A stretch of DNA of 64,000 nt from a virus. Lineage: Duplodnaviria > Caudoviricetes. Position numbers and translations under genes: made by a program. The stretch lies in IMG/VR virus record IMGVR_UViG_3300046318_000318; one strand, 5' to 3'. This document shows positions 29,170 through 39,439 of this stretch, in pieces. The notes under the pieces are model-generated. The model was not told the DNA's origin, made no database searches, and saw only the letters and a list, made by a program, of their open reading frames with translations. Numbering within the stretch: position 1 is the stretch's first letter; each line of letters starts with the position of its first letter.

Positions 29170-29910
29170 TTAACTTTCGTTTTCAATATCAGCAGCTGTC
29201 ATGGAAACAGGAAAGCCTACCCGAAATACTCTTCGGTCAAACCTAACCACTTCCAAAGCCACCACGTAGTGTTCTATACCAAGGAAACACAGACCTTTGA
29301 TAAAGACTCTCCAAGTCATGTTACCACGAGAGATCTCTTTCTTGATGCTGCCTTTGATGGATGATAAATCACGTTCGTTGGTGTTCATCATTGTTTTCTT
29401 GGCATAGTCGATGACCATGTCTTGCTCTGTAACTCCGCAATCGATAAAGCACTGATGGATTTTTTGGTAAAGTCCATGTAACACATTGGTCTCTTCCAAC
29501 TCATCCTTTTCTTTATCTGTTCCACCGAACAATTTCATGTTGATGGTTTTATAATCGAAAATATGAGATTGCTCTATATTCTCGATCACGCTAGTTACTT
29601 TGTTGTTGAACGTGACAGAGAGTTTAAACTCCTTCACACCCAGAAACACCATAGACTTCAAGAAGACTTTCCAAGACATAGAAGGCTTAGCCAGTTCTTT
29701 CTTAATGTTACCGCGAACCGAACTCAGTTCTTTGATGTTCTTAGGCAAACCAGCATTTGTGATATACTGATCTATTCTGTTCTCGTACATGATACTGTCA
29801 ACATTCATAGACTTCAACATCTCAATAAAGAGACGTGTAAGCATGCTGTTGACACTTCCAGTTTTAATCTGTCTGTTCAGATCCAGACTGAAGAGATTGA
29901 CTGTGGACAT
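29170..29910 (-). CDS. Hypothetical protein with an internal duplication (two copies of L/E-SS-x-G-x-IKKE...M-S/T-W-K/R-VF-x-K)
   Basis: KELSSVRGNIKKELAKPSMSWKVFLKSMVFLGV versus RDLSSIKGSIKKEISRGNMTWRVFIKGLCFLGI. Confidence 0.7.
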   Translation of the reverse strand: MSTVNLFSLDLNRQIKTGSVNSMLTRLFIEMLKSMNVDSIMYENRIDQYITNAGLPKNIKELSSVRGNIKKELAKPSMSWKVFLKSMVFLGVKEFKLSVTFNNKVTSVIENIEQSHIFDYKTINMKLFGGTDKEKDELEETNVLHGLYQKIHQCFIDCGVTEQDMVIDYAKKTMMNTNERDLSSIKGSIKKEISRGNMTWRVFIKGLCFLGIEHYVVALEVVRFDRRVFRVGFPVSMTAADIENES

Positions 29911-30370
29911 TTTGTATATCTTTCATAAGTGTGAGTAGGTCTCCACATACACTACCTACTGCTTTAAAGTTATGCTCTTGATTATAAGTACGATTTAACA
30001 TTCTATCGTGCTTCTTATATAAGTCCATGAAGATCTCTACCTCTTCAAGAAAGAGGATCATCTGCTCAGATGGTTTTGTAAACATTCCATTAACAGTAAA
30101 CCAATCTGGTAAACGTATCTGGAAGTGCTCTGTTGTCAAGGATCTCAAATAGATCTCTTCTCCTGTTGAAAGCTTTCGATTGATTCTCCTAAGGTAGTTT
30201 AGATAGTCAGAAATGTTTTTCTTAACTACCGACAGACTTATCAAAGCTAAATCTGATGAATAAACAAATGCGTAATCTGTGTTTTTCAGTTTACGTATGA
30301 GTTCAGTTGTTTTCTCTTCTTGAGTTGGTTCTCTTGGTTTTTGAAACCAAGACTTGATGATCTCAAACAT
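29864..30370 (-). CDS. Hypothetical protein (168 aa)
   Basis: AAGG RBS; AT-rich divergent intergenic region upstream. Confidence 0.65.
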   Translation of the reverse strand: MFEIIKSWFQKPREPTQEEKTTELIRKLKNTDYAFVYSSDLALISLSVVKKNISDYLNYLRRINRKLSTGEEIYLRSLTTEHFQIRLPDWFTVNGMFTKPSEQMILFLEEVEIFMDLYKKHDRMLNRTYNQEHNFKAVGSVCGDLLTLMKDIQNVHSQSLQSGSEQTD

Positions 30371-30447
30371 GGTTACCTTGTGTTGATTGAATAACTAGAC
30401 TCAACTAGAATATATATTACTTTACTAATTAAAGAAAGGGGTCCATT

Positions 30448-30840
30448 ATGGCAACAGAAGATGTATTGGACATTGACGATAAACGCAGATTAGAGCTGGG
30501 TCTTTCTTTAAGGGAAGACATGATCAGAGAGCTTACTAAGAAAGGTTCTTTACCTGAGAATCCCAAAGATAGGTATTTTCTATTAAAGATCATGGAAACC
30601 ATGGATACCACTATCCTAGGCAAAGCCAAGATCAAGACTGATGATAATGGACAGAAGACACAGGAAGCTGTGGCTAAATCTCTGTCTGAAATTCTCATCA
30701 GAACCACAGCTAGACTTCCTGATAGTCAGAGAGAAGCGCCTGTTGTTTCTTCTGATCACCAAGTTACCAATAAAGTTCTGGGTGAAACAGATCAAGGTTC
30801 TAGCACTTTAGATTACGAATCTTTCACAAGACCAAATTAA
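30448..30840 (+). CDS. Hypothetical protein (130 aa)
   Basis: AAGGGG RBS; long hairpin terminator at about 30845-30880. Confidence 0.7.
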   Translation: MATEDVLDIDDKRRLELGLSLREDMIRELTKKGSLPENPKDRYFLLKIMETMDTTILGKAKIKTDDNGQKTQEAVAKSLSEILIRTTARLPDSQREAPVVSSDHQVTNKVLGETDQGSSTLDYESFTRPN

Positions 30841-30885
30841 AAAGCATTATCTCACTACCCTGAAAAGGGTAGTGAGATATGTTTG

Positions 30886-31572
30886 TCATTTAAAAGGATT
30901 GACTATCATAGAGAAGTCTTCTATGGGGAAAAACTTAAGACCTATGATAGGAGCAGTGATGGTCTCTAGTATCTGAAAAGGATTCCTTTCCATATCCACA
31001 TTTTCTTTGACCAATAAAGCTGGGCAAATAACTGTGACATCTGGACAAGCTCTTTTATTGAATCTACCAGCATCTGCTTGCACATCCATCCAAGCTATGC
31101 CATGGTACATGACCATGATAGACACATGGTTTCTGACATATTGAGGAGACAGCTCGTCATTATCCATAGAGACTATTCTGATATCTGCTTCCATGTTGGT
31201 AACAGATGCGAGTATCTCTATAAACCCTGAAGATTCCTGTTCAGTCAAAGTGTAAGGATGTATGTTCAGTATAATCTCAGGCTTGAACACATGGGGTGAA
31301 TTAAGATTGTTGAGAAGTGTGGATTTCACAAACTCTTTAATCATTCTTAAGACAGGAGTGACCATAGATTGCTTAAGAGTAGAAATATCTCTTTTCTGAT
31401 ATTTCTCTTTAAACCCTTCTACTTTAAAGAAGTCGTTCAATCTCTTAAAGTAATCTGCTGTCACACATGTCTCTAAAGCATCATTACCCATTAAAGCAAG
31501 CGTGCCTGCTCTGGTATCCATTAAAGCATCTAGCTCAACAAAGATAGTTTGTTTAGGTGTGTCTTTAATCAA
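30886..31572 (-). CDS. Conserved phiKZ-like hypothetical protein (228 aa)
   Basis: N-terminal IFVELDALMDTR resembles a HAD-like motif I; coupled to the vRNAP gene. Confidence 0.6.
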   Translation of the reverse strand: MIKDTPKQTIFVELDALMDTRAGTLALMGNDALETCVTADYFKRLNDFFKVEGFKEKYQKRDISTLKQSMVTPVLRMIKEFVKSTLLNNLNSPHVFKPEIILNIHPYTLTEQESSGFIEILASVTNMEADIRIVSMDNDELSPQYVRNHVSIMVMYHGIAWMDVQADAGRFNKRACPDVTVICPALLVKENVDMERNPFQILETITAPIIGLKFFPIEDFSMIVNPFK

Positions 31573-32234
31573 AGAGTGCTCCTTAACATCATAGATGTCA
31601 AGAACGTCTTAAGGGTTTTGGTAGACTCCACACCAGAGGCATAAGGCTCCACACTCTTTAAGTTAACTCTACCATATCTACTCAGCATGGCATTAAAAGC
31701 TATAAGACCTTTATTATCACCACCTCTGTACTTCATCAATTCTACCATGGAGTTATCTAAACCCATGGCAGCACAGACTTGTAATTCAGGATAGGATAAC
31801 TTAGCACCTTTGGATTCACCTGTTGGCTGACCTGTTAAAGCATCTACAGTTCTGCTGTCATCTGGCACAGAGATCTTCTTGATCAGAAGTTGCGAAGCCC
31901 TTCTGACAGGCAGATCCATAACCAAAGACTCTATAGGTGTTAAATGATCAGGTATATCTTTCTTACCTGTGATCCAAAGTCTTTGAAAGAACTCATGTCC
32001 TAATTCATCAGCTATCTTGAGATTGTTCTCAAGACTCACGCCTGTATGTTTAAAGTTAGGTAACTGAATGACCAAAAAAGCTTTACCAGATTCCAAGTTC
32101 TTCATGAACTCGTCAAACTGCTTGTCATTCATCTTACCGAACACAGCTTTGTAGACGTCAGAATTACCTGACTTAGGTGCTATCTTTTCTATGTAAGACA
32201 GTATGACTGCCTCGGCTTCTTTTCTTTTGGCCAT
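31569..32234 (-). CDS. vRNAP subunit equivalent to the beta C-terminus (phiKZ gp149-like); start probably ATG 32234
   Basis: [28 protein letters not shown] parallels bacterial [41 protein letters not shown] segment. Confidence 0.8.
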   Translation of the reverse strand: [221 protein letters not shown]

Positions 32235-32244
32235 TCTCCACACC

Positions 32245-32628
32245 TCAAATAGGTTTAGGTAGATTGTGCTGAATCATGAAGGGTACGACCTTAGACCTAA
32301 ATAAAGTCAGCCAGTCAGACACATCTCCATTAGGAATCAAACAGAATCTTTCTTCTGTAGAGTCTACAGGAGCCATAATTAACTGCATGCTGAAATAACG
32401 ATTCAGTTGAAAGCGTTGTACAGAGGAGCATTTGTCAGAAGCTTCTGTTACAAAACGATTTGTGTCATAGGCATCTAATGATTGACCAAGCCCATTGGAG
32501 ATAAGTATCTGTCTGACTTCAGCCACCAGATCTATTTCACCTTTTTCTCTGGGTTTAAAATAATCTTGACTCATGATGTTTGTTCTTTTCAGTAAATGAG
32601 AACATGAGTGACCACTCAGGTCACTCAT
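32245..32628 (-). CDS. Hypothetical protein (start may be the internal MSQDYF)
   Basis: ORF lying between the recombinase and vRNAP genes. Confidence 0.6.
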   Translation of the reverse strand: MSDLSGHSCSHLLKRTNIMSQDYFKPREKGEIDLVAEVRQILISNGLGQSLDAYDTNRFVTEASDKCSSVQRFQLNRYFSMQLIMAPVDSTEERFCLIPNGDVSDWLTLFRSKVVPFMIQHNLPKPI

Positions 32629-32636
32629 GTTTTATG

Positions 32637-34046
32637 TTAGGTTAACCAATAGGGTTTATATTCACCCTTGCGCATTCTGAGCAAATCCATGGTACTCAAA
32701 AACTTCAGTGGGTGGGTTTCGTTATTCACGGTCCACCAACCACGGGTTTGTGACAGGATCATATCCCAATCATAACCCAGCTCTTTTAAATCTTTATAGA
32801 GTTCTGCTGGTGTGCAGAAGTATTCAGATTGAGCTTTAAAGTATTCTTGTATCTGGCAAAGCTCAGAAGTGATATTCATGGCTCGTCGGAGTTTCAAATC
32901 TTTATCCAACTTACCACGAACCGTAGTTCTAGACAACTTACACTCAGGATAAATATCCAAAGCATAGTTCTGCAAAGATCCGTTTAGACCAAAACGTCCA
33001 GAGTCTTTAATGTAATTGAACTCGGTCAACCCAGGCAATACACCTTCGGTCTGACTAACGATGATTTCAATGGTATTTCCTGACGGGCCTGACTTGGATC
33101 TCAACTGTTTCAAACTGACCAAATTAAGATCAAGATCACCAGCTGCGTTATTGTCACTAGATTTAGGGTATTCAGGTCCTTTTGTACCTTGGTTAACTAG
33201 AGGCGTAACTGAGTTAGCCATCCAGAAATTGTTAGTCAAAAAGAAAAACTGATCTGTGACACCTTTGATCTTTTCACCCATCTTCATATGCTGAAGTTTC
33301 TTAGGTGGTGGTGCGGCATATGGACCAGATGCAATGGCTGTGTCTTGACCAAGATGGGCTGATAACAACATGAAATGGTTGTGTGTGCCTGCTAGACCAG
33401 GCACTTCCATCAGGAAGCGCATCTTAGCTAGACCTTGGCGCATGTGGATGGTGTTACCACCCGACTCACCCAGGGCATTCTCATCCTGCATTCTGGCTAC
33501 ATCTTCAGTCTCAAACCTACTAAAACTATCCACTTCAGAAAAGGTAGGGATGATAGTCTTCATTAATGTTTTACCATCTCTCTCCATGAAAGGGGTTTCG
33601 TACATGATAGAACTATCACCTTGTTTCTTATTCTCTTTCAAATAAGACTTCAGCTTCTCATACCAATCATTACCATGGTAAACAGTACGGTCAGTAATAA
33701 CCCAGGTGCCATCTGTAATGATATCTTTATTAGCAAAGGAAGTGAATTGATTTGTCAGCTGTCGAAGACGTTCTTCGTGAATGTTGATTTCTGTGTCATA
33801 AGTAGACATAGAAGTTTCAGCTGCAGACATTAGTCGATCAGCTGCCGACAACATCATGTAATGCATGATGGTGGATTTGAACATGTTGCCACGTCCTGTG
33901 ATGCCTGTCAAAGCACCTAATCCACCTAATAGAATACTCTCTCCGTGTTTACCCTTGACATAGAAACCTGTAGGTATATCCAGACAAGCTCCGATGTTGA
34001 GCATGATCTTGACACTGGGAGCTGGTTGAAAACCTTGTTTGATCAT
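32637..34046 (-). CDS. uvsX: UvsX/RecA-like recombinase (phiKZ gp152-like)
   Basis: Walker A GITGRGNMFKST, YDTE motif, Walker-B-like SEVDSFS, LRSKSGPSG. Confidence 0.8.
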   Translation of the reverse strand: MIKQGFQPAPSVKIMLNIGACLDIPTGFYVKGKHGESILLGGLGALTGITGRGNMFKSTIMHYMMLSAADRLMSAAETSMSTYDTEINIHEERLRQLTNQFTSFANKDIITDGTWVITDRTVYHGNDWYEKLKSYLKENKKQGDSSIMYETPFMERDGKTLMKTIIPTFSEVDSFSRFETEDVARMQDENALGESGGNTIHMRQGLAKMRFLMEVPGLAGTHNHFMLLSAHLGQDTAIASGPYAAPPPKKLQHMKMGEKIKGVTDQFFFLTNNFWMANSVTPLVNQGTKGPEYPKSSDNNAAGDLDLNLVSLKQLRSKSGPSGNTIEIIVSQTEGVLPGLTEFNYIKDSGRFGLNGSLQNYALDIYPECKLSRTTVRGKLDKDLKLRRAMNITSELCQIQEYFKAQSEYFCTPAELYKDLKELGYDWDMILSQTRGWWTVNNETHPLKFLSTMDLLRMRKGEYKPYWLT

Positions 34047-34151
34047 AATTATTCCTTGAGGGACGTAGCGGGTTTACGCTGCACATAGTATGGAAACTCG
34101 TGCTAGTTTTTTCATTTGCTTTCTAGCGCTCAACTTACAAGGTAGTTATCA

Positions 34152-35006
34152 ATGAATCTCAATATAGAAGCTCCGGTACAGAGCCTGGAACAAATGGCCC
34201 AGGTTATCACTCTTGAATCTTCATTTATAGACAATGCGATCTTTCGCATCAATGAATTCTTTCCTAAACTAAGTAACCAACTTAGCGATACCGTTTCAGG
34301 TTTTACTGGTGAACGTTTCGGTGGATATGACACACCTAAAATTACAGCGTTCCAAGCACAACGTGATTTTAAAGTTATCTCGAAACGTGTTCAATCTCAT
34401 AATTTCCTGGACTTTCAAGATATTCTTGTTCAAGTACCAGAAGGCTTTGATGGTAACCTCATAGATTACCTTCGGCTATTAGACCGCATCCACCTCGATG
34501 TTTTTAAAGAAACCCTTGAAGTAATAGGAGATTACAACATTGTTCTCTCATCTTTTATCACAAATAAAGAAGATAAAACGTCGCTTCGTGTGCATACTCA
34601 AGTTTATACGAGAGCCGATGCAAAAAGACAGCAAGTTCTAAAAGACATAGCTGGCTTCTTCAAACACGATAGTGATCTGTCTCGTCTTCCTCTGCGCAAA
34701 GTGATCGCTCGCTTTGCTGATATGGAACAGCTGACCGATGCAGCTGTGGATCTTACTAAAGATAACCATATTAAAAATCTTGAGAAAGTTAAAGCTGCTG
34801 TTAATGAAACAGTTATTTATCTTGACAAGATCATGGCTAATAAAGAAACAAGTGAAGTGTCTGGCTATGCAGCTAAGCAACTTGCTGAGAGTGCTATGTC
34901 GGTGGCGCGCTTGGTGGAGACTTGTTCTGTTTATGCTTTCAAAACCAGACAAGCTATCGAATGCACCAGATCTCTGGTGGACACAATCGATAAAGTAACA
35001 AAGTAA
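34152..35006 (+). CDS. Putative head/inner-body protein (gp153-like)
   Basis: N-terminal SLE and TLE candidate prohead-protease sites; coiled-coil rich. Confidence 0.55.
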   Translation: MNLNIEAPVQSLEQMAQVITLESSFIDNAIFRINEFFPKLSNQLSDTVSGFTGERFGGYDTPKITAFQAQRDFKVISKRVQSHNFLDFQDILVQVPEGFDGNLIDYLRLLDRIHLDVFKETLEVIGDYNIVLSSFITNKEDKTSLRVHTQVYTRADAKRQQVLKDIAGFFKHDSDLSRLPLRKVIARFADMEQLTDAAVDLTKDNHIKNLEKVKAAVNETVIYLDKIMANKETSEVSGYAAKQLAESAMSVARLVETCSVYAFKTRQAIECTRSLVDTIDKVTK

Positions 35007-35011
35007 AGAAA

Positions 35012-35049
35012 TAAGATACTACAGGACCTGATGGTCCTGTAGTATCTTA
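35012..35049. terminator. Long-stem hairpin between convergent genes
   Basis: taagatactacaggacc-tgat-ggtcctgtagtatctta (17-bp perfect stem). Confidence 0.7.
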
Positions 35050-35061
35050 AATGCTTTTTTG

Positions 35062-35508
35062 TTAAGCTGCACTCAGTTCAGGTAAACTCCGAACCAATTT
35101 CTTGATATCATAGCGCATGACATCTTCATTGGCATACTTGATCCACTGCGGTGTGGTTTCAATCAAGTGTCGAGCCATGCTGTCTAGATCAGAAGCTGTG
35201 TAGTTACCGCTTTTGAATTGATCTAGATTAAAGCTTTTACCATGATAGGTAAAACTTTTCTCATGGGCAAATTCTTTCCACAGCACTTCTTTAACAAACA
35301 TGGTGTCTGTCACTGCGGAAGGATTCTTACCCAATTGAAAAATGTCATTGAGTTTTCTAGCCAAAGCCTGATCGGACGTGGGTTGCACATCTATCACAGA
35401 AAGAAGACTGGAGATATACATCAGTCTCTTAAACATACCGGGAAGTATAAAACCGACGGCTGATTGTACTTTGTCTGAAAATCGCTCCATCATTGTAGTT
35501 GTTAACAT
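35062..35508 (-). CDS. Hypothetical protein (148 aa)
   Basis: ORF directly downstream of RNase H. Confidence 0.6.
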   Translation of the reverse strand: MLTTTMMERFSDKVQSAVGFILPGMFKRLMYISSLLSVIDVQPTSDQALARKLNDIFQLGKNPSAVTDTMFVKEVLWKEFAHEKSFTYHGKSFNLDQFKSGNYTASDLDSMARHLIETTPQWIKYANEDVMRYDIKKLVRSLPELSAA

Positions 35509-35522
35509 GATAAACGAACGAG

Positions 35523-36995
35523 TTAGTTAAGAAAAATTCTATCGGCAAAATAGTTAGACCATATACCGATACCAGAGTTACATTCTATTACAAATGCATA
35601 GCGAAGAGTTCTTTCTGAGTCTCTCCAAGAGATTAAAAAAATCTTAGGAGAATGATCCTCTAGCTTTTTAAGGTTATTCCGGGGTGGAATGTCCAGACCG
35701 AATAACACAGGTAGGTCTATCTTGTCAGTTCTTTCCTTGTAGGTGACAGAGATAGACAGCTTAATGTTTTTCAGAGCTGAAGTATATTCAGGTTTAAGAA
35801 CATGTTGAGTGATGGACTCCTTTTTTACAAGTTTAGATTCCAAGTCATAGAATGTACTTGTAACATCATGGATCTGAAAACCGTTGTGATTATCAGGCAC
35901 ATCACAGCCTGTTTTAGAGTAAGTTTGAAACTTAATCAACATATCCTCAAGGAAGTTGAAAGTCTCGATTGCTCTCATAGACAGGTTAGTTGGATTCAAC
36001 TCTACGGTAACTGATTGGTTATCTAGGAAGTTTAACCCCTTGGACTTCCTATCACCAAGTAAACAATACTTACCATGTTTCTCTAGATAAGGATAGACTT
36101 CTTTGCTATATACCCGATCTAGCTTCATCATCACTATAGAGTTGTGATTATTGGCATGATCAATTTGTTTGGCTTTGACATCCTCAATGACTTTTTCAGG
36201 TTCATAAAGTCTGACCACGGCAAAACCAGTTTCAGGTATGCGCTTACCAATGATGAAATCACCCACGCCTTTACCTGGCTCAGCTTGGAAGTAGCTGCCA
36301 GCTATGTTATACTCTTGGGTGGTGTTGAAATAAACTCTTTTGAAGTTCAGGAAAGGATGGCGCTCTACTGAAGATTTCCAATAGCCTTTAGGATCACTGT
36401 AGGTATAATGATCCTTACAGAGATTATCGGTAGAGTAATTCATACCGATCACAGCCAAGGCATCTGCTCTGGTATTACCCATGTCGTTGTTATGACCTCT
36501 GACCCACTCAATCGTGATCTCTTGACCTATAGATAGAAGTTGTTTATAGTAAGCATAGACTTCCATCCAGATGTCTGCGTTAACTACAGGCAATCCATCT
36601 TGCTTAATCCAGTTGTTTCTTTCCCAACCTTTACACCACTCAGTCAAACCTTTCTTGACATATTCACTATCTGTGAGAAAATGAATAGACTTGGGTTTAT
36701 GCTGTTGCAGTTCTTTGAGTGTGGACAGAAAAGCAAAGACCTCAGCTCGGTTGTTGGTTCCGTCCACAGCTGAAGTGCCAATGAAGTCTATAAACTGTGT
36801 GGGGGATACTTCGACGATGTCGTCTTTAAGCTGTTTTTTATAGCCTTTGTTGGTGAGAAGGTACCCACCATCTAACTTAACAGAAGGTTTACCTTCTAAA
36901 CTAAACAGATAGCCGTGGGTGCCGAATCCTATTTTACCTGGATTAGGTCTGGCAGAACCGTCGATGTAAACCACGGCATTGATTTGTGTGTCCAT
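35523..36995 (-). CDS. rnhA: Ribonuclease HI with long C-terminal extension (phiKZ gp155-like)
   Basis: YIDGSARPNPG, TNNRAEV, TDSEYV, WVRGH...GNTRADALA: a complete DEDD set. Confidence 0.9.
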   Translation of the reverse strand: MDTQINAVVYIDGSARPNPGKIGFGTHGYLFSLEGKPSVKLDGGYLLTNKGYKKQLKDDIVEVSPTQFIDFIGTSAVDGTNNRAEVFAFLSTLKELQQHKPKSIHFLTDSEYVKKGLTEWCKGWERNNWIKQDGLPVVNADIWMEVYAYYKQLLSIGQEITIEWVRGHNNDMGNTRADALAVIGMNYSTDNLCKDHYTYSDPKGYWKSSVERHPFLNFKRVYFNTTQEYNIAGSYFQAEPGKGVGDFIIGKRIPETGFAVVRLYEPEKVIEDVKAKQIDHANNHNSIVMMKLDRVYSKEVYPYLEKHGKYCLLGDRKSKGLNFLDNQSVTVELNPTNLSMRAIETFNFLEDMLIKFQTYSKTGCDVPDNHNGFQIHDVTSTFYDLESKLVKKESITQHVLKPEYTSALKNIKLSISVTYKERTDKIDLPVLFGLDIPPRNNLKKLEDHSPKIFLISWRDSERTLRYAFVIECNSGIGIWSNYFADRIFLN

Positions 36996-37031
36996 ACAGC
37001 TCTCTTTTAAATAACAAGTCAGTTGATAAAT

Positions 37032-37427
37032 CTACTTGCTACTTTTTAGATTGACGACGTCATTGATCATATCTTCAGGTTGTCGTCGCTTAAGCTTTCC
37101 GCAAACGATCTCATAGGCTCGTTCATTGACTCTACAGTTCTCAAGATCTTTCTTATCTAGCTCTATAGTCAGCTGTTTGGAAACTAAGTCTTTATTCAGT
37201 AAAGCTATTTCTTTTCTCTGCTTCATAACAGTGACACCAGTGGAGACTGAATTATATATTAGCAAAGCACCAAAGGTAAGTACACTGACTATGATAATTA
37301 ATATGATAGCAAGCCAGATGTTGAACTTCTTGCTGAAAGGGTCTAGCTCCCCTTTTTTAACATTAAAGCCTATTTTAAAACTGGTATAGACCACCTTGAT
37401 GATGGTCTTTAATGGTTTTAGCTCCAT
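37032..37427 (-). CDS. Single-pass membrane protein with coiled coil
   Basis: IWLAIILIIIVSVLTFGALLIY hydrophobic helix. Confidence 0.65.
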   Translation of the reverse strand: MELKPLKTIIKVVYTSFKIGFNVKKGELDPFSKKFNIWLAIILIIIVSVLTFGALLIYNSVSTGVTVMKQRKEIALLNKDLVSKQLTIELDKKDLENCRVNERAYEIVCGKLKRRQPEDMINDVVNLKSSK

Positions 37428-37453
37428 TTTTTTCTTTCAGGTAAAGACACGAT

Positions 37454-38767
37454 ATGAACTTAATCAAAGGCTTCGTTAACATAAACAGTTATGTTAACAA
37501 CACTCAGGGACAGGTAGCACCCTTAGGTGAACTCAGCACATGGTCAGAAACTTATAGCAGGGAAAAAGGAGAGTACTCTGACCCTGCTTATAACAATCTG
37601 AAATTAACGACTTTCAAATCTATTAAGATATCAGACAAAACACATTATGTTTTACCTGCGATACAGGTAAAACATATTTTGGATGTTGTTTCCACATGTT
37701 TGAATTACTCGACTAACCACATACAGCCTTTTGATTCAAACGATTTCCGAAACACAGTCATCTCTGCTCATAACGATAAGATCGCTGGATTAAACTTTGG
37801 ACCGTTTGTTTCTAACGGGCCCGTGGCTATGCCTCAGTGGTTATCATGGGTGGATCTAGCTACTACTAACGATGAGATCAAGATTTGGTTGTCAGATGCT
37901 TCTTTCAGAGATCAATACGATGAATATGAAATAGAAGTCATACCACCTGTTACTGATTTGAATGTTCTGTTTGGTTTCTATGCTCCTGCTGCCGCAGCCA
38001 TAGCCACCAACACAGTAGCCACGATCTATGAAAGAATAGATGCTATTAAGAATGGCGATCCTGAAACTTTTATCAGAATATTGCCTTTTGAATATAGCAA
38101 CAGTACAAACCCTACACAAAAAATAGTCACCAATTGGTCTGTGGTTATTTATGGTAAGGCTGGGGATCATATCGATGCTATCAAAGAAGCTGTTACAGCT
38201 TATGTATTAGCTAACTCTACCAGATCTATAACCGATTGGGAAAATATTCTACCTGAACTGTTTAGAAGAACAGAGTTCATAATGGTGCCTCTGTGGCATA
38301 AGAAGTCTATACCTAACTTGACAGATCTGTCAGCTTTGTATAGCAGCATCATTAAGTTCACAGAGATAAAAGCTTTCTTAGAGACTATGTACCCTATCAC
38401 GGTATATCCTTCTAACTACATAGCTGATAATCTGTCTATCATGCCTTATGATTATAAAGGTATAAGCTTAGCTGTGTTCCCAGGCATAACTAACATCTTA
38501 GGCAGACGCAGTCTGGTAGAACTCTTTCCTGACTATATAGCTGTGCCTAGTACGTCTTTAGACTTCGCTCGTATGTCTATCAAGACTTCTGAATTCGCTA
38601 TACTGTTAGGTAAGTTACTGGTAGCTGCTGAAAGTACATCTGTGTACGCATCTCTACCTAATAACTTCAGACGCATCACCAGAAATGGTAAGTTGTATAT
38701 CTCTACTGTGTATGATAACATCAACTACATGGTAGCTACAGCTTCTAACACAGACTTTACATCATGA
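37454..38767 (+). CDS. Virion structural protein (phiKZ-like, 437 aa)
   Basis: Recalled conserved N-terminus LGELSTWSETYSRE; coupled to the next gene. Confidence 0.6.
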   Translation: MNLIKGFVNINSYVNNTQGQVAPLGELSTWSETYSREKGEYSDPAYNNLKLTTFKSIKISDKTHYVLPAIQVKHILDVVSTCLNYSTNHIQPFDSNDFRNTVISAHNDKIAGLNFGPFVSNGPVAMPQWLSWVDLATTNDEIKIWLSDASFRDQYDEYEIEVIPPVTDLNVLFGFYAPAAAAIATNTVATIYERIDAIKNGDPETFIRILPFEYSNSTNPTQKIVTNWSVVIYGKAGDHIDAIKEAVTAYVLANSTRSITDWENILPELFRRTEFIMVPLWHKKSIPNLTDLSALYSSIIKFTEIKAFLETMYPITVYPSNYIADNLSIMPYDYKGISLAVFPGITNILGRRSLVELFPDYIAVPSTSLDFARMSIKTSEFAILLGKLLVAAESTSVYASLPNNFRRITRNGKLYISTVYDNINYMVATASNTDFTS

Positions 38768-39384
38768 GTGATAATGTACTACCCACGATAGGATCTTCTG
38801 GCTCGTATAAACTTTTAGCTCCTTTTGATACTCTTATCACAGAAGGTGAAAGATATACGTGTCAAGGTATCAGATCCTTAAATGACTATTTGGCTAATAA
38901 CGAAGATCCTTATAAGGATATCTACGTTAAATACCGGATACCAGATGCTGACTATGAACTCGATCTGCAAAACAACATGCATATCGTTTCTCTACAGTCT
39001 GATATAGGACATTGGTTATATGTGCCTGCTAGGTACATTTCTACCTACCCTATGGTAAATGGCATACCTTACAGGTCATATGTACTTACTGCTTCTCTAC
39101 CTTCTTTTCCTGTAGACAGAGATCTGAGCTTCTTACAAACAGAAGTGCGTAATCTGTGTATGGATACTCTGGGTGTAGTACCTACAGTTAAGTTTGTAGA
39201 AAGCAGCCGTGTGGTGTTAGTGTCCTCTGGTAAGCATGATACGCTGACTACTGCTAGAGCCGGTGTATCTCAAGGTAGAGGTACTGATAGAGCGAGATAC
39301 ATGGAACTGTTATACAGACATGATCAGGCTTTGACTAAGATAGCTGAGCTAGAAGCTTATATCAAAAGAAGACTGAGTATTTAA
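38764..39384 (+). CDS. Virion structural protein (phiKZ-like, 206 aa)
   Basis: ATGA overlap with the previous ORF. Confidence 0.6.
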   Translation: MSDNVLPTIGSSGSYKLLAPFDTLITEGERYTCQGIRSLNDYLANNEDPYKDIYVKYRIPDADYELDLQNNMHIVSLQSDIGHWLYVPARYISTYPMVNGIPYRSYVLTASLPSFPVDRDLSFLQTEVRNLCMDTLGVVPTVKFVESSRVVLVSSGKHDTLTTARAGVSQGRGTDRARYMELLYRHDQALTKIAELEAYIKRRLSI

Positions 39385-39387
39385 AAA

Positions 39388-39439
39388 AGCAAAAAAAAAA
39401 ATCATCCCCGGCCTGTGAAGGCTAGGGGGATGATTTTTA
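39388..39439. terminator. Repeated bidirectional terminator hairpin (family copy 2)
   Basis: A-run + atcatccccggcc-tgtgaa-ggctagggggatgat + T-run. Confidence 0.75.

Noticed and set aside
30385-30430. Possible sixth copy of the promoter-leader repeat
   Set aside because: Only a short ctcaactagaatatat segment resembles copy B; the upstream TTTCA(A/G)TCA block and the fixed hairpin are absent.
30886-31572. HAD-family phosphatase call
   Set aside because: The motif reads ELDALMD rather than DxD with the first Asp, and the later HAD motifs are not evident; left as hypothetical.
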